From Tubiluchus corallicola (Eukaryota > Animalia > Priapulida), in assembly GCA_030141605.1 (NCBI GenBank), contig JAQGDQ010001113.1, forward strand, positions 16,769-61,809: DNA of 45,041 nucleotides, written 5' to 3'. Within the stretch, counting starts at the first letter, position 1. The number at the start of each line of letters is the position of its first letter. A model generated the notes under the pieces. That model made no database searches and was not told the origin of the DNA. It saw nothing but the letters and a program-made list of their open reading frames with translations. A program made the translations under genes and the position numbers. Shown here in pieces: positions 12,341 through 27,055 of this stretch.

Positions 12341-12514
12341 CAAACTCAGACATTTTTTCATTGTTTAATAACGTTTATACCCGTTTCTTCAAACAATGTA
12401 CGAGGTTTGATACAATTTCTTAATTAAAACTCATGATGGACTATAAATTAGCAAGGTCCTTAGAAAGTATACACAAAACGCAAAGCAAACAAAGATCTCC
12501 CATATTACATAATT
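12341..12514 (+). CDS. Candidate exon
   Basis: Acceptor cttgttctttgatag|, donor |GTAAGA. Phase 1 to 1, NSDIFSLFNNVYTRFFKQCTRFDTISxLKLMMDYKLARSLESIHKTQSKQRSPILHN. Confidence 0.65.
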
Positions 12515-12630
12515 GTAAGAGTGTATAATAATGTAGCAGAAATTCCTCTCGGTGCTTAAATATCTTCGTATACAACATGTAATCTATCAATGTCATACAA
12601 TGATATAGGACAATGTTTGTTCATTGCTAG

Positions 12631-12788
12631 GGAAATTATCGATTGTTGAGGCCTGTTTGAACAGCTGTCCACTTGTCATGCACTCATTTGCGGCGAGGCG
12701 TAGTGATATTACATTAGCAAAAGACTGCAGTTTGCATTTGCTTGAAAAACAGAGTTAAATTTTCATCCAAAACTTGAAAAATATCTCA
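12631..12788 (+). CDS. Candidate exon
   Basis: Acceptor tttgttcattgctag|, donor |GTAAGA. Phase 1 to 0, KLSIVEACLNSCPLVMHSFAARRSDITLAKDCSLHLLEKQSxIFIQNLKNIS. Confidence 0.7.
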
Positions 12789-12829
12789 GTAAGAAATGTA
12801 CAGATGGAAAATGATGAAACTAGGAAAAT

Positions 12830-13310
12830 CATCATTTCTATCATCACCATCATTACCACCAAAATGTCTTCGGAATTATGATCATCGTTAGCGTTGTTGA
12901 TTGTCATTATCGTTACTATCATCATCATCATTATTATCACCATCGTTGTTGTCGCCATTAGGAATGACCGTCGTAATCATCATCGTCATAATCGTCATCA
13001 TCACAACCACCACCACCACCACCATCATCATCATCATCGTCATCGTCGTCGTCGTCATCATCATCATCGTCGTCGTCGTCGTCGTCGTCGTCGTCATCAT
13101 CATCATCGTCATCATCAACATCATTCATCATCATTGTCATCATCAGCATCGTCATCGTCATCGTCATTTAAAAAAAATCATCATCTTCATTTCATCATAT
13201 CATCACCATCCTGACAACAATTATCATCATTTCCTAATATTTATCATTTCCTTATTGGTTTTACAGTTCATCATCATCATCTTTTTCTTCTTGTTCTTCT
13301 TCTTCTTCTT
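12830..13310. repeat. Degenerate (CAT/CGT/CAC)n microsatellite
   Basis: Direct reading. Confidence 0.93.
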
Positions 13311-13596
13311 CACTCATTACAAAATTTAGCAAAGAACCTACTTTGCTCATTAAATTTTAGCGTCTACAGGGCGCTTCAAAAGAAACCACGTGGTTATTAC
13401 CGATGAAACGTACCAATACTTGAAACATCAATTATTAAGCACATAATTCTGAGTGACAGCTCCGAGAAAAACGAATCGAAGACTATTTTTTCCAGCCGGC
13501 AAGCGTGGGAATCTTCGAATCTGTTACCTTTCTAATCAATGCATTGCGATTTTCACGTTTTTCGTGCTAAATCAAACAGTTAATGCTTACGTGCAG

Positions 13597-13771
13597 TGTG
13601 AGCAAAAACTAACGGAAAAAATTTATTTTATTTATACTTTCAATGGATGTTCGTTGTACAAGTTCATATCTAATTTATTGCAACTGTTTAGAAACGGCCA
13701 TTTCTAACGTTGGCTGTTTTCAGTTTCCATAGCAGAAGGTGTTAAAAGCGTCAGAGAAATGGGGAACAAAG
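13597..13771 (+). CDS. Candidate exon (alternative acceptor 13580)
   Basis: CEQKLTEKIYFIYTFNGCSLYKFISNLLQLFRNGHFxRWLFSVSIAEGVKSVREMGNK. Track ORFs 13453 and 13759 share this frame, separated only by the TAA at 13705. Ends phase 1 at aag|GTGCAC. Confidence 0.55.
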
Positions 13772-13899
13772 GTGCACGCACTGACACCTTGGCTCGTTGC
13801 CAAAGTCACCTTGGATCTATGACTTGCGGTCATAGATTTCATGTTTGCAAACGTTCAGGCAAAAGAAATCTACCAGCTGTTTTTTCAACTTCATTTTTT

Positions 13900-14190
13900 T
13901 TCTTCTCTTCTTCTGTCTTCTCTTCTCTTCTCTTCTCTTCTCTTCTCTTCTCTTCTCTTCTCTTCTCTTCTCTTCTCTTCTCTTCTCTTCTCTTCTCTTC
14001 TCTTCTCTTCTCTTCTCTTCTCTTCTCTTCTCTTCTCTTCTCTTCTCTTCTCTTCTCTTCTCTTCTCTTCTCTTCTCTTCTCTTCTCTTCTCTTCTCTTC
14101 TCTTCTCTTCTCTTCTCTTCTCTTCTCTTCTCTTCTCTTCTCTTCTTCTCTTTTCTTCTCTTCTTCCGCCATTTCTCTTCTCTTCTGTTC
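13900..14190. repeat. (TCTTC)n pentanucleotide microsatellite
   Basis: Direct reading. Confidence 0.97.
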
Positions 14191-14432
14191 TCTTTTGTTT
14201 TGTTCCATTCTATTCTAATCTGTTCTATTTCACGCTGTTCGTCATAATGGCTTCACTCTATTGTTGTTCCTCTACTCTCTACTCTCACGCTACTGTTCCT
14301 TGTTGATTTGATGACATTTCCTCTCTTCTTCTCTTCTCTTCCCTTCCCTCACTCTCTACTCTCACTCTACTGATGTTCCTTGTTGATTTGATGACATTTC
14401 ATCAGTCGTAGCCACAGAGCCAGCAGTTAATT

Positions 14433-14686
14433 AATAGAACATTGTTTCTATGTGACCAATAGAACATTGTTTCTATGCGACCAATAGAACATTGTTTCTA
14501 TGCGACCAATAGAACATTGTTTCTATGCGACCAATAGAACATTGTTTCTATGCGACCAATAGAACATTGTTTCTATGCGACCAATAGAACATTGTTTCTA
14601 TGCGACCAATAGAACATTGTTTCTATGCGACCAATAGAACATTGTTTCTATGTGACCAATAGAACATTGTTGCTATGTGACCAATA
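14433..14686. repeat. 25-bp minisatellite, about 10 copies
   Basis: Unit AATAGAACATTGTTTCTATGCGACC. Confidence 0.97.
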
Positions 14687-14697
14687 AGCGTTTTTGC

Positions 14698-15022
14698 AGT
14701 TCCAACGATTGATGATGATCATGAAAAGGTCAAAGGTTAAGTGTACCAGACAACGCATTTGTGTACACTTGACAAAGGCTCGCAGTCCAAGCTGTTGTAA
14801 TAGTAACAGTTTTAACACTTAGCTAGAACCTTACCTAGTTCATTTTTTCTTGTTCTCAACTAAAATTCTGCTAGTAAATTACCCTGCACACAGACTAATG
14901 CATAATTAAGTAAAGGCCACTGAAGTTACTGAACTGATGCTGCAGACGTCCTAGCTTTACCCACATGCTACGTGATGGTTGTAGTTAAGACGAGTTGCTG
15001 TGGTACAGTTAACCTTTGACCT
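14698..15022 (+). mobile_element. MITE-like family C, copy 1
   Basis: 22-bp inverted repeat at 14727-14748 / 15001-15022. Homologous to 31506-31822. Confidence 0.75.
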
Positions 15023-15554
15023 ACAACAACTGCGCGTGCGCGTGGCGAAACTGTGAAAAAGCTTATTTTAATGTTTTTTTCTTCACATCTGACGTCAGCA
15101 GACGAACAAAAACTACAAAATTATCTCAAATTAATATGAAAAACGTAACAAGAATCTCCAATCTTCCTCCGCGCATTAGCGACACTCTCAGCTTCCCATT
15201 TTGTAATTATTCTGTCGCAGAATAAATAATGCAAACAAACAATGACACGAAAATTGAAGCAAAAAGATACGAAAATCGACGGCTGATTTTGAATTTTCGC
15301 GTAAACATGGCCGCCATGTTCTGACGTGAAATGATAGAGTGGCAGGAAAATAAATGAACTGTCGTGTTATCTTTAATGAAGACATGCTAAATTATCATGA
15401 ACTAACAAAAGAAAATTGTTGTGAAGAAACTAGGCGTAGTGATTTTGGATGAATGCGCGAGTGCATGTAGTTCTTGAAAAAATGATTAGCCGTTATTTGA
15501 ATATTCATTTTACCACACTCCTTGCAATTTGTTAAAAAAAAACAACAAATATTT

Positions 15555-16316
<762 letters not shown>

Positions 16317-16602
16317 AAATTTTTTTCAAAACATGACACTTGTTTCAAATACGATTCCACACATACATTTTTATTTAAAACACACATTAATATTTTAATT
16401 ATGTTTTATATAAAGCAACAATAAAACAGTCAAATGTAAAAAAATTAAAAATAGTTTATTTTTATAAAGTAAGTAAAAACTCTTGTGTAAAAACTTTTTA
16501 TACATAAGTCTATCAAAAATAAAATTTTGTAAGTACAATAATTGCGACACGTGGAACATACTTGCACGCAATAACGTATACGTTTTTCCCTGACTATCCA
16601 AG

Positions 16603-16774
16603 GACATAGAATGTCGTTATTGCGTATTTCTTGCGTAGAGACATTAAGGGACGATCGAAACATTCTGATACGCTGCAGTTAGGAAGCTGTAAATATTTTA
16701 TCATCTATTGAACAATTATTGACTTATTTCATAACTAACAACAGTTTGTACATCTCAGAAGAGTTTCCCTGTAG
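16603..16774 (+). CDS. Candidate exon
   Basis: Phase 1 to 2, HRMSLLRISCVETLRDDRNILIRCSxEAVNILSSIEQLLTYFITNNSLYISEEFPC. Donor ag|GTACAG. Matches the phase of 18276. Confidence 0.7.
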
Positions 16775-17860
16775 GTACAGTAAATATGTGTAAATAAAAG
16801 CGTGTGGTGACGATGATGATGATGATGACAACGATGATGATACGCTGCAGTTAGGAAGCTGTAAATATTTTATTATCTATTGAACAATTATTGACTTATT
16901 TCATAACTAACAACAGTTTGTACATCTCAGAAGAGTTTCCCTGTAGGTACAGTAAATATGTGTAAATAAAAGCGTGTGGTGACGATGATGATGATGATGA
17001 CAACGATGATGATACACTGCAGTTAGGAAGCTGTAAATATTTTATCATCTATTGAACAATTATTGACTTATTTCATAACTAACAACAGTTTGTACATCTC
17101 AGAAGAGTTTCCCTGTAGGTACAGTAAATATGTGTAAATAAAAGCGTGTGGTGACGATGATGATGATGATGACAACGATGATGATACGCTGCAGTTAGGA
17201 AGCTGTAAATATTTTATCATCTATTGAACAATTATTGACTTATTTCATAACTAACAACAGTTTGTACATCTCAGAAGAGTTTCCCTGTAGGTACAGTAAA
17301 TATGTGTAAATAAAAGCGTGTGGTGATGATGATGATGATGGCGATGACGATGATGATACGCTGCAGTTAGGAAGATGTAAATATTTTATCATCTATTGAA
17401 CAATTATTGACTTATTTCATAACTAACAACAGTTTGTACATCTCAGAAGAGTTTCCCTGTAGGTACAGTAAATATGTGTAAATAAAAGCGTGTGATGACG
17501 ATGATGATGACGATGACGATGATGATACGCTGCAGTTAGGAAGCTGTAAATATTTTATCATCTATTGAACAATTATTGACTTATTTCATAACTAACAACA
17601 GTTTGTACATCTCAGAAGAGTTTCCCTGTAGGTACAGTAAATGTGTGTAAATAAAAGCGTGTGGTGACGATGATGATGATGATGACGACAACGATGATGA
17701 CACGCTGCAGTTAGGAAGATGTAAATATTTTATCATCTATTGAACAATTATTGACTTATTTCATAACTAACAACAGTTTGTACATCTCAGAAGAGTTTCC
17801 CTGTAGGTACAGTAAATATGTGTAAATAAAAGCGTGTGGTGACGTTGATGATGATGACGA
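16667..17860. repeat. About 172-bp tandem repeat, 7 copies
   Basis: Unit starts at 16667, 16839, 17011, 17183, 17355, 17524, 17699. Each unit ends in a short GAT tract. Confidence 0.97.
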
Positions 17861-18130
17861 TGACGTCGACAACGATGATGATGATGATGATGATGACGAC
17901 GATGATGGTGATGACGACAACGATGATGATGATGACGACGATGACGATGATGACGTCGACAGACGCTGATGATGATGATCATGATTATGGTGATGATTAA
18001 AATGATGATGACGACGACGATGATGATGATGATGAAGACGACGATAATGACGATAATGATGATGATGATGACGACGATGATGATGATGACGCTGATGGCG
18101 AAGATGATGACGATGACAGCGACAATGGCG
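17840..18130. repeat. (GAT/GAC)n microsatellite
   Basis: Direct reading. Confidence 0.95.
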
Positions 18131-18275
18131 GTGTTAGTAAAGTAAAAATTATGTAGGTCTAAATCTTGTGTCACTAATAGAGAAAATGCAGCGAGTGAGA
18201 AAAATAGCAAATCAGTCAAGTGCTACATGACCAGATAAAAAGCAAACTATAATTAGTTTCATTTCTATACAACAG

Positions 18276-18329
18276 GGTGCGCTTCCTCGAGGATGAGGAA
18301 ATTAAAAAGAAATTAAACAGTCTGGAAAG
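18276..18329 (+). CDS. Candidate exon
   Basis: Acceptor ttctatacaacag|, donor ag|GTGAAA. Phase 2 to 2, VRFLEDEEIKKKLNSLE. Confidence 0.7.
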
Positions 18330-18359
18330 GTGAAATTTATTCTTTTTTTCTTGTCTGTC

Positions 18360-18379
18360 ACTCTTCTCTCTCTTCTCTT

Positions 18380-18425
<46 letters not shown>

Positions 18426-18446
18426 ACCCTCCTCTCTCTCTCTCTT

Positions 18447-18477
<31 letters not shown>

Positions 18478-18579
18478 CTCTCTCCTCTCTCTCAACCTTC
18501 ATCAACTCTCATTCAAGTCTCAAGAATCTCCTAATTATGACACACCAGTGAGCAAGGGGAATATAATTTACACTACTAA

Positions 18580-18614
<35 letters not shown>

Positions 18615-18742
18615 TTCTCCCTCTCTCTCTCTCCCTCCCTCTCTCCTCTCTCTCAACCTTCATCAACTCTCATTCAAGTCTCAAGAATCTCCTAATTATG
18701 ACACACCAGTGAGCAAGGGGAATATAATTTACACTACTAATC
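18360..18742. repeat. (CT)n tract plus 161-bp tandem duplication
   Basis: caaccttcatcaactctc...actactaatc occurs at 18493 and 18654. Confidence 0.9.
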
Positions 18743-19163
18743 GCTCCTATTGAGGATAATTTCCCATATTGATTGACGCATGCGCAATGGCAACAGCGCC
18801 TGACAATCATAACTTATTATCCCTATTTAAATAGCCCATTTGCTAATTGGTCGATGCTTAATGAGCATTCCAGAAATTACGTAAGGGCGATTGCTGCGTG
18901 GCCCAATCTCTCAGACCATGTTTGATTACACGAAATTTCAACTATGTTACAGTTAGATCTGTACAAAGTAACTCGACATTATGACATGATTCATATTTGT
19001 ATTGATATGTAATTTATTTGGTGGAAATACGTTAACAAAATGATACGGTCATTAATAATTACAAAATACTAGGCAAAACAAATATTAGTTCAAGATGGTA
19101 CGCAGCACATTAACAAACAAAAAATCTGCAGAACCAATATTGCAAAACATTTCATTAGCCATA

Positions 19164-22095
19164 GACCTAAACTTTGGAACTCACCACCACCCAATGTAAA
19201 GTACCAGTGTAACATTTACCGCTTTGAAACGTCAGTTAAACGATATCTGTTTGCTTCTTATATAAACTAGTCTTGATAACCACCTACTGTTCCTGTGTGA
19301 CACAACAGTGGACCTAAACTTTGGAACTCACTACCACCCAATGTAAAGTACCAGTGTAACATTTACCGCTTTGAAACGTCAGTTAAACGATATCTGTTTG
19401 CTTCTTATATAAACTAGTCTTGATAACCACCTACTGTTCCTGTGTGACACAACAGTAGACCTAAACTTTGGAACTCACTACCACCCAATGTAAACTACCA
19501 GTGTAACGTTTACCGCTTTGAAACGTCAGTTAAACGATATCTGTTTGCTTCTTATATAAACTAGTCTTGATAACCACCTACTGTTCCTGTGTGACACAAC
19601 AGTAGACCTAAACTTTGGAACTCACTACCACCCAATGTAAACTACCAGTGTAACGTTTACCGCTTTGAAACGTCAGTTAAACGATATCTATTTGCTTCTT
19701 ATATAAACTAGTCTTGATAACCACCTACTGTTCCTGTGTGACATAACAGTGGACATAAACTTTGGAACTCACTACCACCCAATGTAAACTACCAGTGTAA
19801 CGTTTACCGTTTTGAAACGTCAGTTAAACGATATCTGTTTGCTTCTTATATAAACTAGTCTTGATAACCACCTACTGTTCCTGTGTGACACAACAGTGGA
19901 CCTAAACTTTGGAACTCACTACCACCCAATGTAAACAGTGTAACATTTACCGCTTTAAAACGTCAGTTAAACGATATCTGTTTGCTTCTTATATAAACTA
20001 AGTCTTGACAACCACCTACTGTTCCTGTGTGACACAACAGTGGACCTAAGCTTTGGAACTCACTACCACCCAATGTAAACTACCAGTGTAACATTTACCG
20101 TTTTGAAACGTCAGTTAAACGATACCTGTTTGCTTCTTATATAAACTAGTCTTGATAACCACCTACTGTTCCTGTGTAACACAACAGTGGACCTAAGCTT
20201 TGGAACTCACTACCACCCAATGTAAACTACCAGTGTAACATTTACCGTTTTGAAACGTCAGTTAAACGATATCTATTTGCTTCTTATATAAACTAGTCTT
20301 GATAACCACCTACTGTTCCTGTGTGACACAACAGTGGACCTAAACTTTGGAACTCACTACCACCCAATGTAAACAGTGTAACATTTACCGCTTTAAAACG
20401 TCAGTTAAACGATATCTGTTTGCTTCTTATATAAACTAAGTCTTGACAACCACCTACTGTTCCTGTGTGACACAACAGTGGACCTAAGCTTTGGAACTCG
20501 CTACCACCCAATGTAAAGTACCAGTGTAACATTTACCACTTTAAAACGTCAGTTAAACGATATCTGTTTGCTTCTTATATAAACTAGTCTTGATAACCAC
20601 CTACTGTTCCTGTGTGACACAACAGTGGACCTAAGCTTTGGAACTCGCTACCACCCAATGTAAAGTACCAGTGTAACATTTACCACTTTAAAACGTCAGT
20701 TAAACGATATCTGTTTGCTTCTTATATAAACTAGTCTTGATAACCACCTACTGTTCCTGTGTGACACAACAGTGGACCTAAACTTTGGAACTCACTACCA
20801 CCCAATGTAAACTACCAGTGTAACATTTACCGTTTTGAAACGTCAGTTAAACGATATCTGTTTGCTTCTTATATAAACTAGTCTTGATAACCACCTACTG
20901 TTCCTGTGTGACACAACAGTGACAACTTTGGAACTCACTACCACCCATGTATAGTGTAACATTTACCGTTTTGAAACGTCAGTTAAACGATATCTGTTTG
21001 CTTCTTATATAAACTAGTCTCGATAACCACCTACTGTTCCTGTGTGACACAACAGTGGACCTAAGCTTTGGAACTCACTACCACCCAATGTAAACTACCA
21101 GTGTAACATTTACCGCTTTGAAACGTCAGTTAAACGATATCTATTTGCTTCTTATATAAACTAGTCTTGATAACCACCTACTGTTCCTGTGTGACACAAC
21201 AGTGGACCTAAACTTTGGAACTCACTACTACCCAATGTAAAGTACCAGTGTAACATTTACCACTTTAAAACGTCAATTAAACGATATCTGTTTGCTTCTT
21301 ATATAAACTAAGTCTTGATAACCACCTACTGTTCCTGTGTAACACAACAGTGGACCTAAGCTTTGGAACTCACTACCACCCAATGTAAAGTACTAGTGTA
21401 ACATTTACCACTTTGAAACGTCAGTTAAACGATATCTGTTTGCTTCTTATATAAACTAGTCTTGATAACCACCTACTGTTCCTGTGTGATACAACAGTGG
21501 ACCTAAGCTTTGGAACTCACTACCACCCAATGTAAAGTACTAGTGTAACATTTACCGCTTTAAAACGTCAGTTAAACGATACCTGTTTGCTTCTTATATA
21601 AACTAGTCTTGATAACCACCTACTGTTCCTGTGTAACACAACAGTGGACCTAAGCTTTGGAACTCACTACTACCCAATGTAAAGTACCAGTGTAACATTT
21701 ACCACTTTAAAACGTCAATTAAACGATATCTGTTTGCTTCTTATATAAACTAAGTCTTGATAACCACCTACTGTTCCTGTGTAACACAACAGTGGACCTA
21801 AGCTTTGGAACTCACTACCACCCAATGTAAAGTACTAGTGTAACATTTACCACTTTGAAACGTCAGTTAAACGATATCTGTTTGCTTCTTATATAAACTA
21901 GTCTTGATAACCACCTACTGTTCCTGTTTGATACAACAGTGGACCTAAGCTTTGGAACTCACTACCACCCAATGTAAAGTACTAGTGTAACATTTACCGC
22001 TTTAAAACGTCAGTTAAACGATATCTGTTTGCTTCTTATATAAACTAGTCTTGATAACCACCTACTGTTCCTGTGTGACACAACAGTCACAACTT
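19164..22095 (+). repeat. 147-bp satellite, about 20 copies, derived from a LINE ORF2 3' end
   Basis: Period 147 (19164, 19311 and onward). Unit encodes GPKLWNSLPPNVKYQCNIYRFKTSVKRYLF. Confidence 0.95.
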
Positions 22096-22387
22096 TGTGT
22101 TCGTTTTGAGTAGAATCCAGAGTGCTTCGTCATCTCATGAGCCGAATCTCCACAAACCAATCTTTCTACCCTTTTGAACATTCTTTTATCCATCACTTCT
22201 ATCCTTACTTTGCACAAATCTTTTTTTTAAATTGTCTAAAAACCTTCGTTTTTTGATCTTTTTTTCTCATTATTGGACGTGTTTATATAATGGTACAAGC
22301 ACCTAACAAGTTTTACTTCTGGTTCTTGCCATTTATTATGCACGCTGTCGTATAATCATTATTATTAATATCTATTTTAATATAAGA

Positions 22388-22923
22388 TTGAAAGGAAACA
22401 TACAATTTTTTTCAAAAATGAATCACGTGAAGGAATTATTACCACACAAACACAATTTAACGTTCGCGCCACTAGTTCTTCGCTGTTACATGCATTTCGC
22501 CATTGGCTAGGTAGACGGACACTAGCGCCTGTATTTTGGAAACGCATTGCACTTAAAGAAGTATTGTACCTGTTAATTCAGATGTGTTAGTTTGTGACGA
22601 ACTGCACACGTTCGACAGCTCATGCATGTGTACAGCGGTAAATTTGAAATTTGATTTTTTATCTTAAAACTTACAGTAGCAATGTATTTCAATTTTCTCT
22701 TTCGCAAGCACGTGCAACACGCTCGTGGAATGTTTTTTGCTGTTGAAAATTATGTTAGTTTGTGACGTCATCAATAGTTGGACTAGCCTGCCATTCATTA
22801 AGATTTTGATCTAATATTTAATTATTATAAACGCTTTTCCTGTATTATTGGTATTAAAAAATATGCTTTTTATCTGGCTTAAAGATAGGCTAACATGTTA
22901 AAAATCATCCTGCCTTCCTTTAA
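22388..22923 (+). mobile_element. Family B, longest copy (Kolobok-like termini)
   Basis: TTGAAAGGAA...TTCCTTTAA. Three other partial copies occur in the window. Confidence 0.75.
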
Positions 22924-23399
22924 CACGAATTTTCGCGTAACTTGAACCGAATTCCCGGTACAATTCTTAAGAATCTGAGTGAAATGACCTTCCCTATCTA
23001 GAGCAGCCTTCCAAGAGAGAAATCCCGTACGAAAGTGAAGTTGTTTACTTGTTTACAACTTGCATTTATCAACGCGTAACATGCTACCCTTCGCTACTTT
23101 TGTAAAATTACAACAATGAGATTGTAACTTCATAAAAAATCATAAAACATCAATAGTTGTAATACAATATTATTGTCGACAAAAATGTCGTCAAACGAAT
23201 CCAGTAAATGAATAATAAATAGACTTGCACATGGTAACAACAACGCCATGTTACAACATTCTCAAATTACACAAGCGCAACACGATGAAATGTTACCCTC
23301 ACGTAACTTACTGTTCACACGAAGAGGAAGGAGGAGTCAGTGTATTTGCTGGAATTGAAAGCACGTTTTGACTGGAGTTCCTTCTAAAACGTTTCAAGA

Positions 23400-23623
23400 T
23401 AATGACGATGGCGATAATGATGATGATGACGATGGCGATGAAGATGATGATGATTATGAGGTCATAATGATGATGATGATGACGATGACGACGACGATGA
23501 TGATGATGACGATGGCGATGAAGATGATGATGATTATGAGGTCATAATGATGATGATGATGACGATGACGACGATGATGATGATGATGAAGTGCTGATGA
23601 TAATGATGATGATGATGATGAAG

Positions 23624-23699
<76 letters not shown>

Positions 23700-24040
23700 A
23701 ATGACGACGAGGATGATGACGATGATGATAATGATGATGGTAATGACGATGATGATGGTGATGATGATGATGATGAAGTGATGACGATGATGACAATGTT
23801 GATGGCGATGACTGCGATGGTGACAATGACGGTGATGATGATAATGATGATCATGGTGATGATGTTGATAATGACGGTAATGGAATGACAGCAATAACAA
23901 TGATGATGATGTTAATTATGATGATAGCGATAATTAGATGAAGACGACAGAGCGGATGAAGATAACGGCGGAGATGCTGCTGCTGCTGATGATGATGATG
24001 ACGATGACTATAGTGCTAATAGCAGTAATGATGACTGTGA
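23400..24040. repeat. (GAT)n microsatellite with internal approximately 80-bp duplication
   Basis: gattatgaggtcataat occurs twice. Confidence 0.95.
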
Positions 24041-24089
24041 TGTGACATTACCAATATATTTTCCAAATTTAACTGAGACTTTTTAGTTC

Positions 24090-24495
24090 TGCAAAAATGC
24101 AAATCTTGAGCATATCAAAGCAGTTACACAAAACTGCAAATCTTGGGCGTATCAAAGCAGTTACACAAAACTGCAAATCTCGAGTGCATCAAAGCAGTTG
24201 CGCAAAACTGCAAATCTTGAGCGTATCAAAGCAGTTACACAAAACTGCAAATCTTGACAGTATCAAAGCAGTTGCAAAAAAAAAACTGCAAATCTTGACA
24301 GCATGAAAGCAATTGTGCAAAACTGCAAATCTTGAGCGTATCAAAGCAGTTACACAAAACTGCAAATCTTGTCAGTATCAAAGCAGTTGCAAAAAAACAA
24401 AAACTGCAAATCTTGACAGCATGAAAGCAATTGTGCAAAACTGCAAATCTTGACCGCATCAAAGCAGTGGCGCAAAACTGCAAATCTTGAGCGTG
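24090..24495. repeat. 37-bp minisatellite, about 11 copies
   Basis: Unit AAAACTGCAAATCTTGAGCGTATCAAAGCAGTTACAC. Confidence 0.95.
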
Positions 24496-24681
24496 CCAAG
24501 CTCAAAGCCATTAGAACAACCCAGTCTATAGAAGTCATTGAATTATGCGCCTATAAGACAGCAGGGAATCTTAATCTTATAACAGTGACATTATTCAATC
24601 ACGTGTTTATGCAACCGGTTCTTATTACATTTGCCGTTATTGGTTAGAATTGCTAATTAATTAATCATGAGAATATACCAG

Positions 24682-24869
24682 TACAGTGGCGTCGTACGTC
24701 CAGCTGATGGACATAGATAGGATGACCACTGGTCAGGCGATCATGAAATTGATAAAATTGTGTGATAACTCGAAAAGGATTGTGCAATATCTCTATGAAC
24801 AATAGAAAACTGAGAACTTTTTATCAATTCATCTTGATTAAACTTGTAAAAATTTGCTTTTTTAAATTT
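24682..24869 (+). CDS. Candidate exon
   Basis: TVASYVQLMDIDRMTTGQAIMKLIKLCDNSKRIVQYLYEQxKTENFLSIHLDxTCKNLLFxI. Ends phase 1 at a perfect |GTAAGT, matching the phase-1 start at 27679. Confidence 0.7.
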
Positions 24870-25455
24870 GTAAGTATGGAATGACCTTTTGTAAGCATGA
24901 AATGACCTTTTGTAAGTATGGAATGAGCTTTTGTAAGTTTGGAATGAGCTTTTGTAAGTTTGGAATGACCTTTTGTAAGTATGGAATGACCTTTTGTAAG
25001 TATGGAATGAGCTTTTGTAAGTTTGGAATGAGCTTTTGTAAGTTTGGAATGAGCTTTTGTAAGTTTGGAATGACCTTTTGTAAGTATGGAATGACCTTTT
25101 GTAAGTATGGAATGAGCTTTTGTAAGTTTGGAATGAGCTTTTGTAAGTTTGGAATGACCTTTTGTAAGTATGGAATGACCTTTTGTAAGTATGGAATGAG
25201 CTTTTGTAAGTTTGGAATGAGCTTTTGTAAGTTTGGAATGAGCTTTTGTAAGTTTGGAATGACCTTTTGTAAGTATGGAATGACCTTTTGTAAGTATGGA
25301 ATGACCTTTTGTAAGTATGGAATGACCTTTTGTAAGTATGGAATGAGCTTTTGTAAGTTTGGAATGAGCTTTTGTAAGTTTGGAATGAGCTTTTGTAAGT
25401 ATGGAATGACCTTTTGTAAGTATGGAATGACCTTTTGTAAGTATGGAGTGACCTC
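24867..25455. repeat. 21-bp minisatellite, about 27 copies, two variants
   Basis: GACCTTTTGTAAGTATGGAAT and GAGCTTTTGTAAGTTTGGAAT. Confidence 0.97.
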
Positions 25456-25729
25456 AGTTCAGACATTTTCAATTCATCCAGTCTGTCAGTTTTTTGTAGA
25501 AAGCTAACCGAGGTTTGCTTCTTAAAATATTGCATATTTAATAGATTTCTATAAAGCATTATTATCCTAGTTAAATGATCTCATGCCAAATTTAAAAAAA
25601 TCACATTTTGTGTGTATTTTATTGTTTTTTTATTTTATCGTACTTTTAATGTGAGGTAAATTTTATCTAATGTAAATTGATGTATTTTAATTTCACTTCA
25701 CAATATAGGCTGGCATAGCAGCCTGCCAA

Positions 25730-26505
<776 letters not shown>

Positions 26506-27055
26506 TATTTTGAGAACAAGAATCAAATCTGGTATCAGGTCGCGAAGTGGGAATTTATTTTGTTTCCTAAATCTCGTTTATTTCATGTTTAGCTCAGTAA
26601 AGGTGGGAGAGTCAATGCATCAAACTGAAATGTTTATTTTTTCTAAGTTTGTTCTCGAAAAGTTTATTTTTAGTGTTTGATGTCCATTGTCGTGTCACTT
26701 GTATATATATTTGTAAATGTAAACAATAAACAAATGAGTTAAAACAACATGATGTACTTATTTACATTATCACTTCATAACATACGATCTGTAAATGAAA
26801 ATATTAAATGAAAAGTGTTAGTAGACGTTACAACATACATATTACAGTTTAATATCCAGACACCTACACTGTCTTTGTTAAGTATAGAGATAGCTTTGAT
26901 TCTAAACGTGGTGAAAAACTAATTTCTCTTTAACTACAGTTAGTACATATTAAGTTTAGAGATAGCTTTGTCTCTTAGCCTCTTAACGTGTAGAAAAACC
27001 TGCTCCGTCAACTTTCCCAACGAGATATTTCCTGCCTTGAACTTTATACCAGACC

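Noticed and set aside
23323-23387. LELKARFD resembling the polyphosphate kinase motif, or a minus-strand exon
   Set aside because: Short match without further support. The region 22990-23400 probably holds + strand exons I could not resolve.
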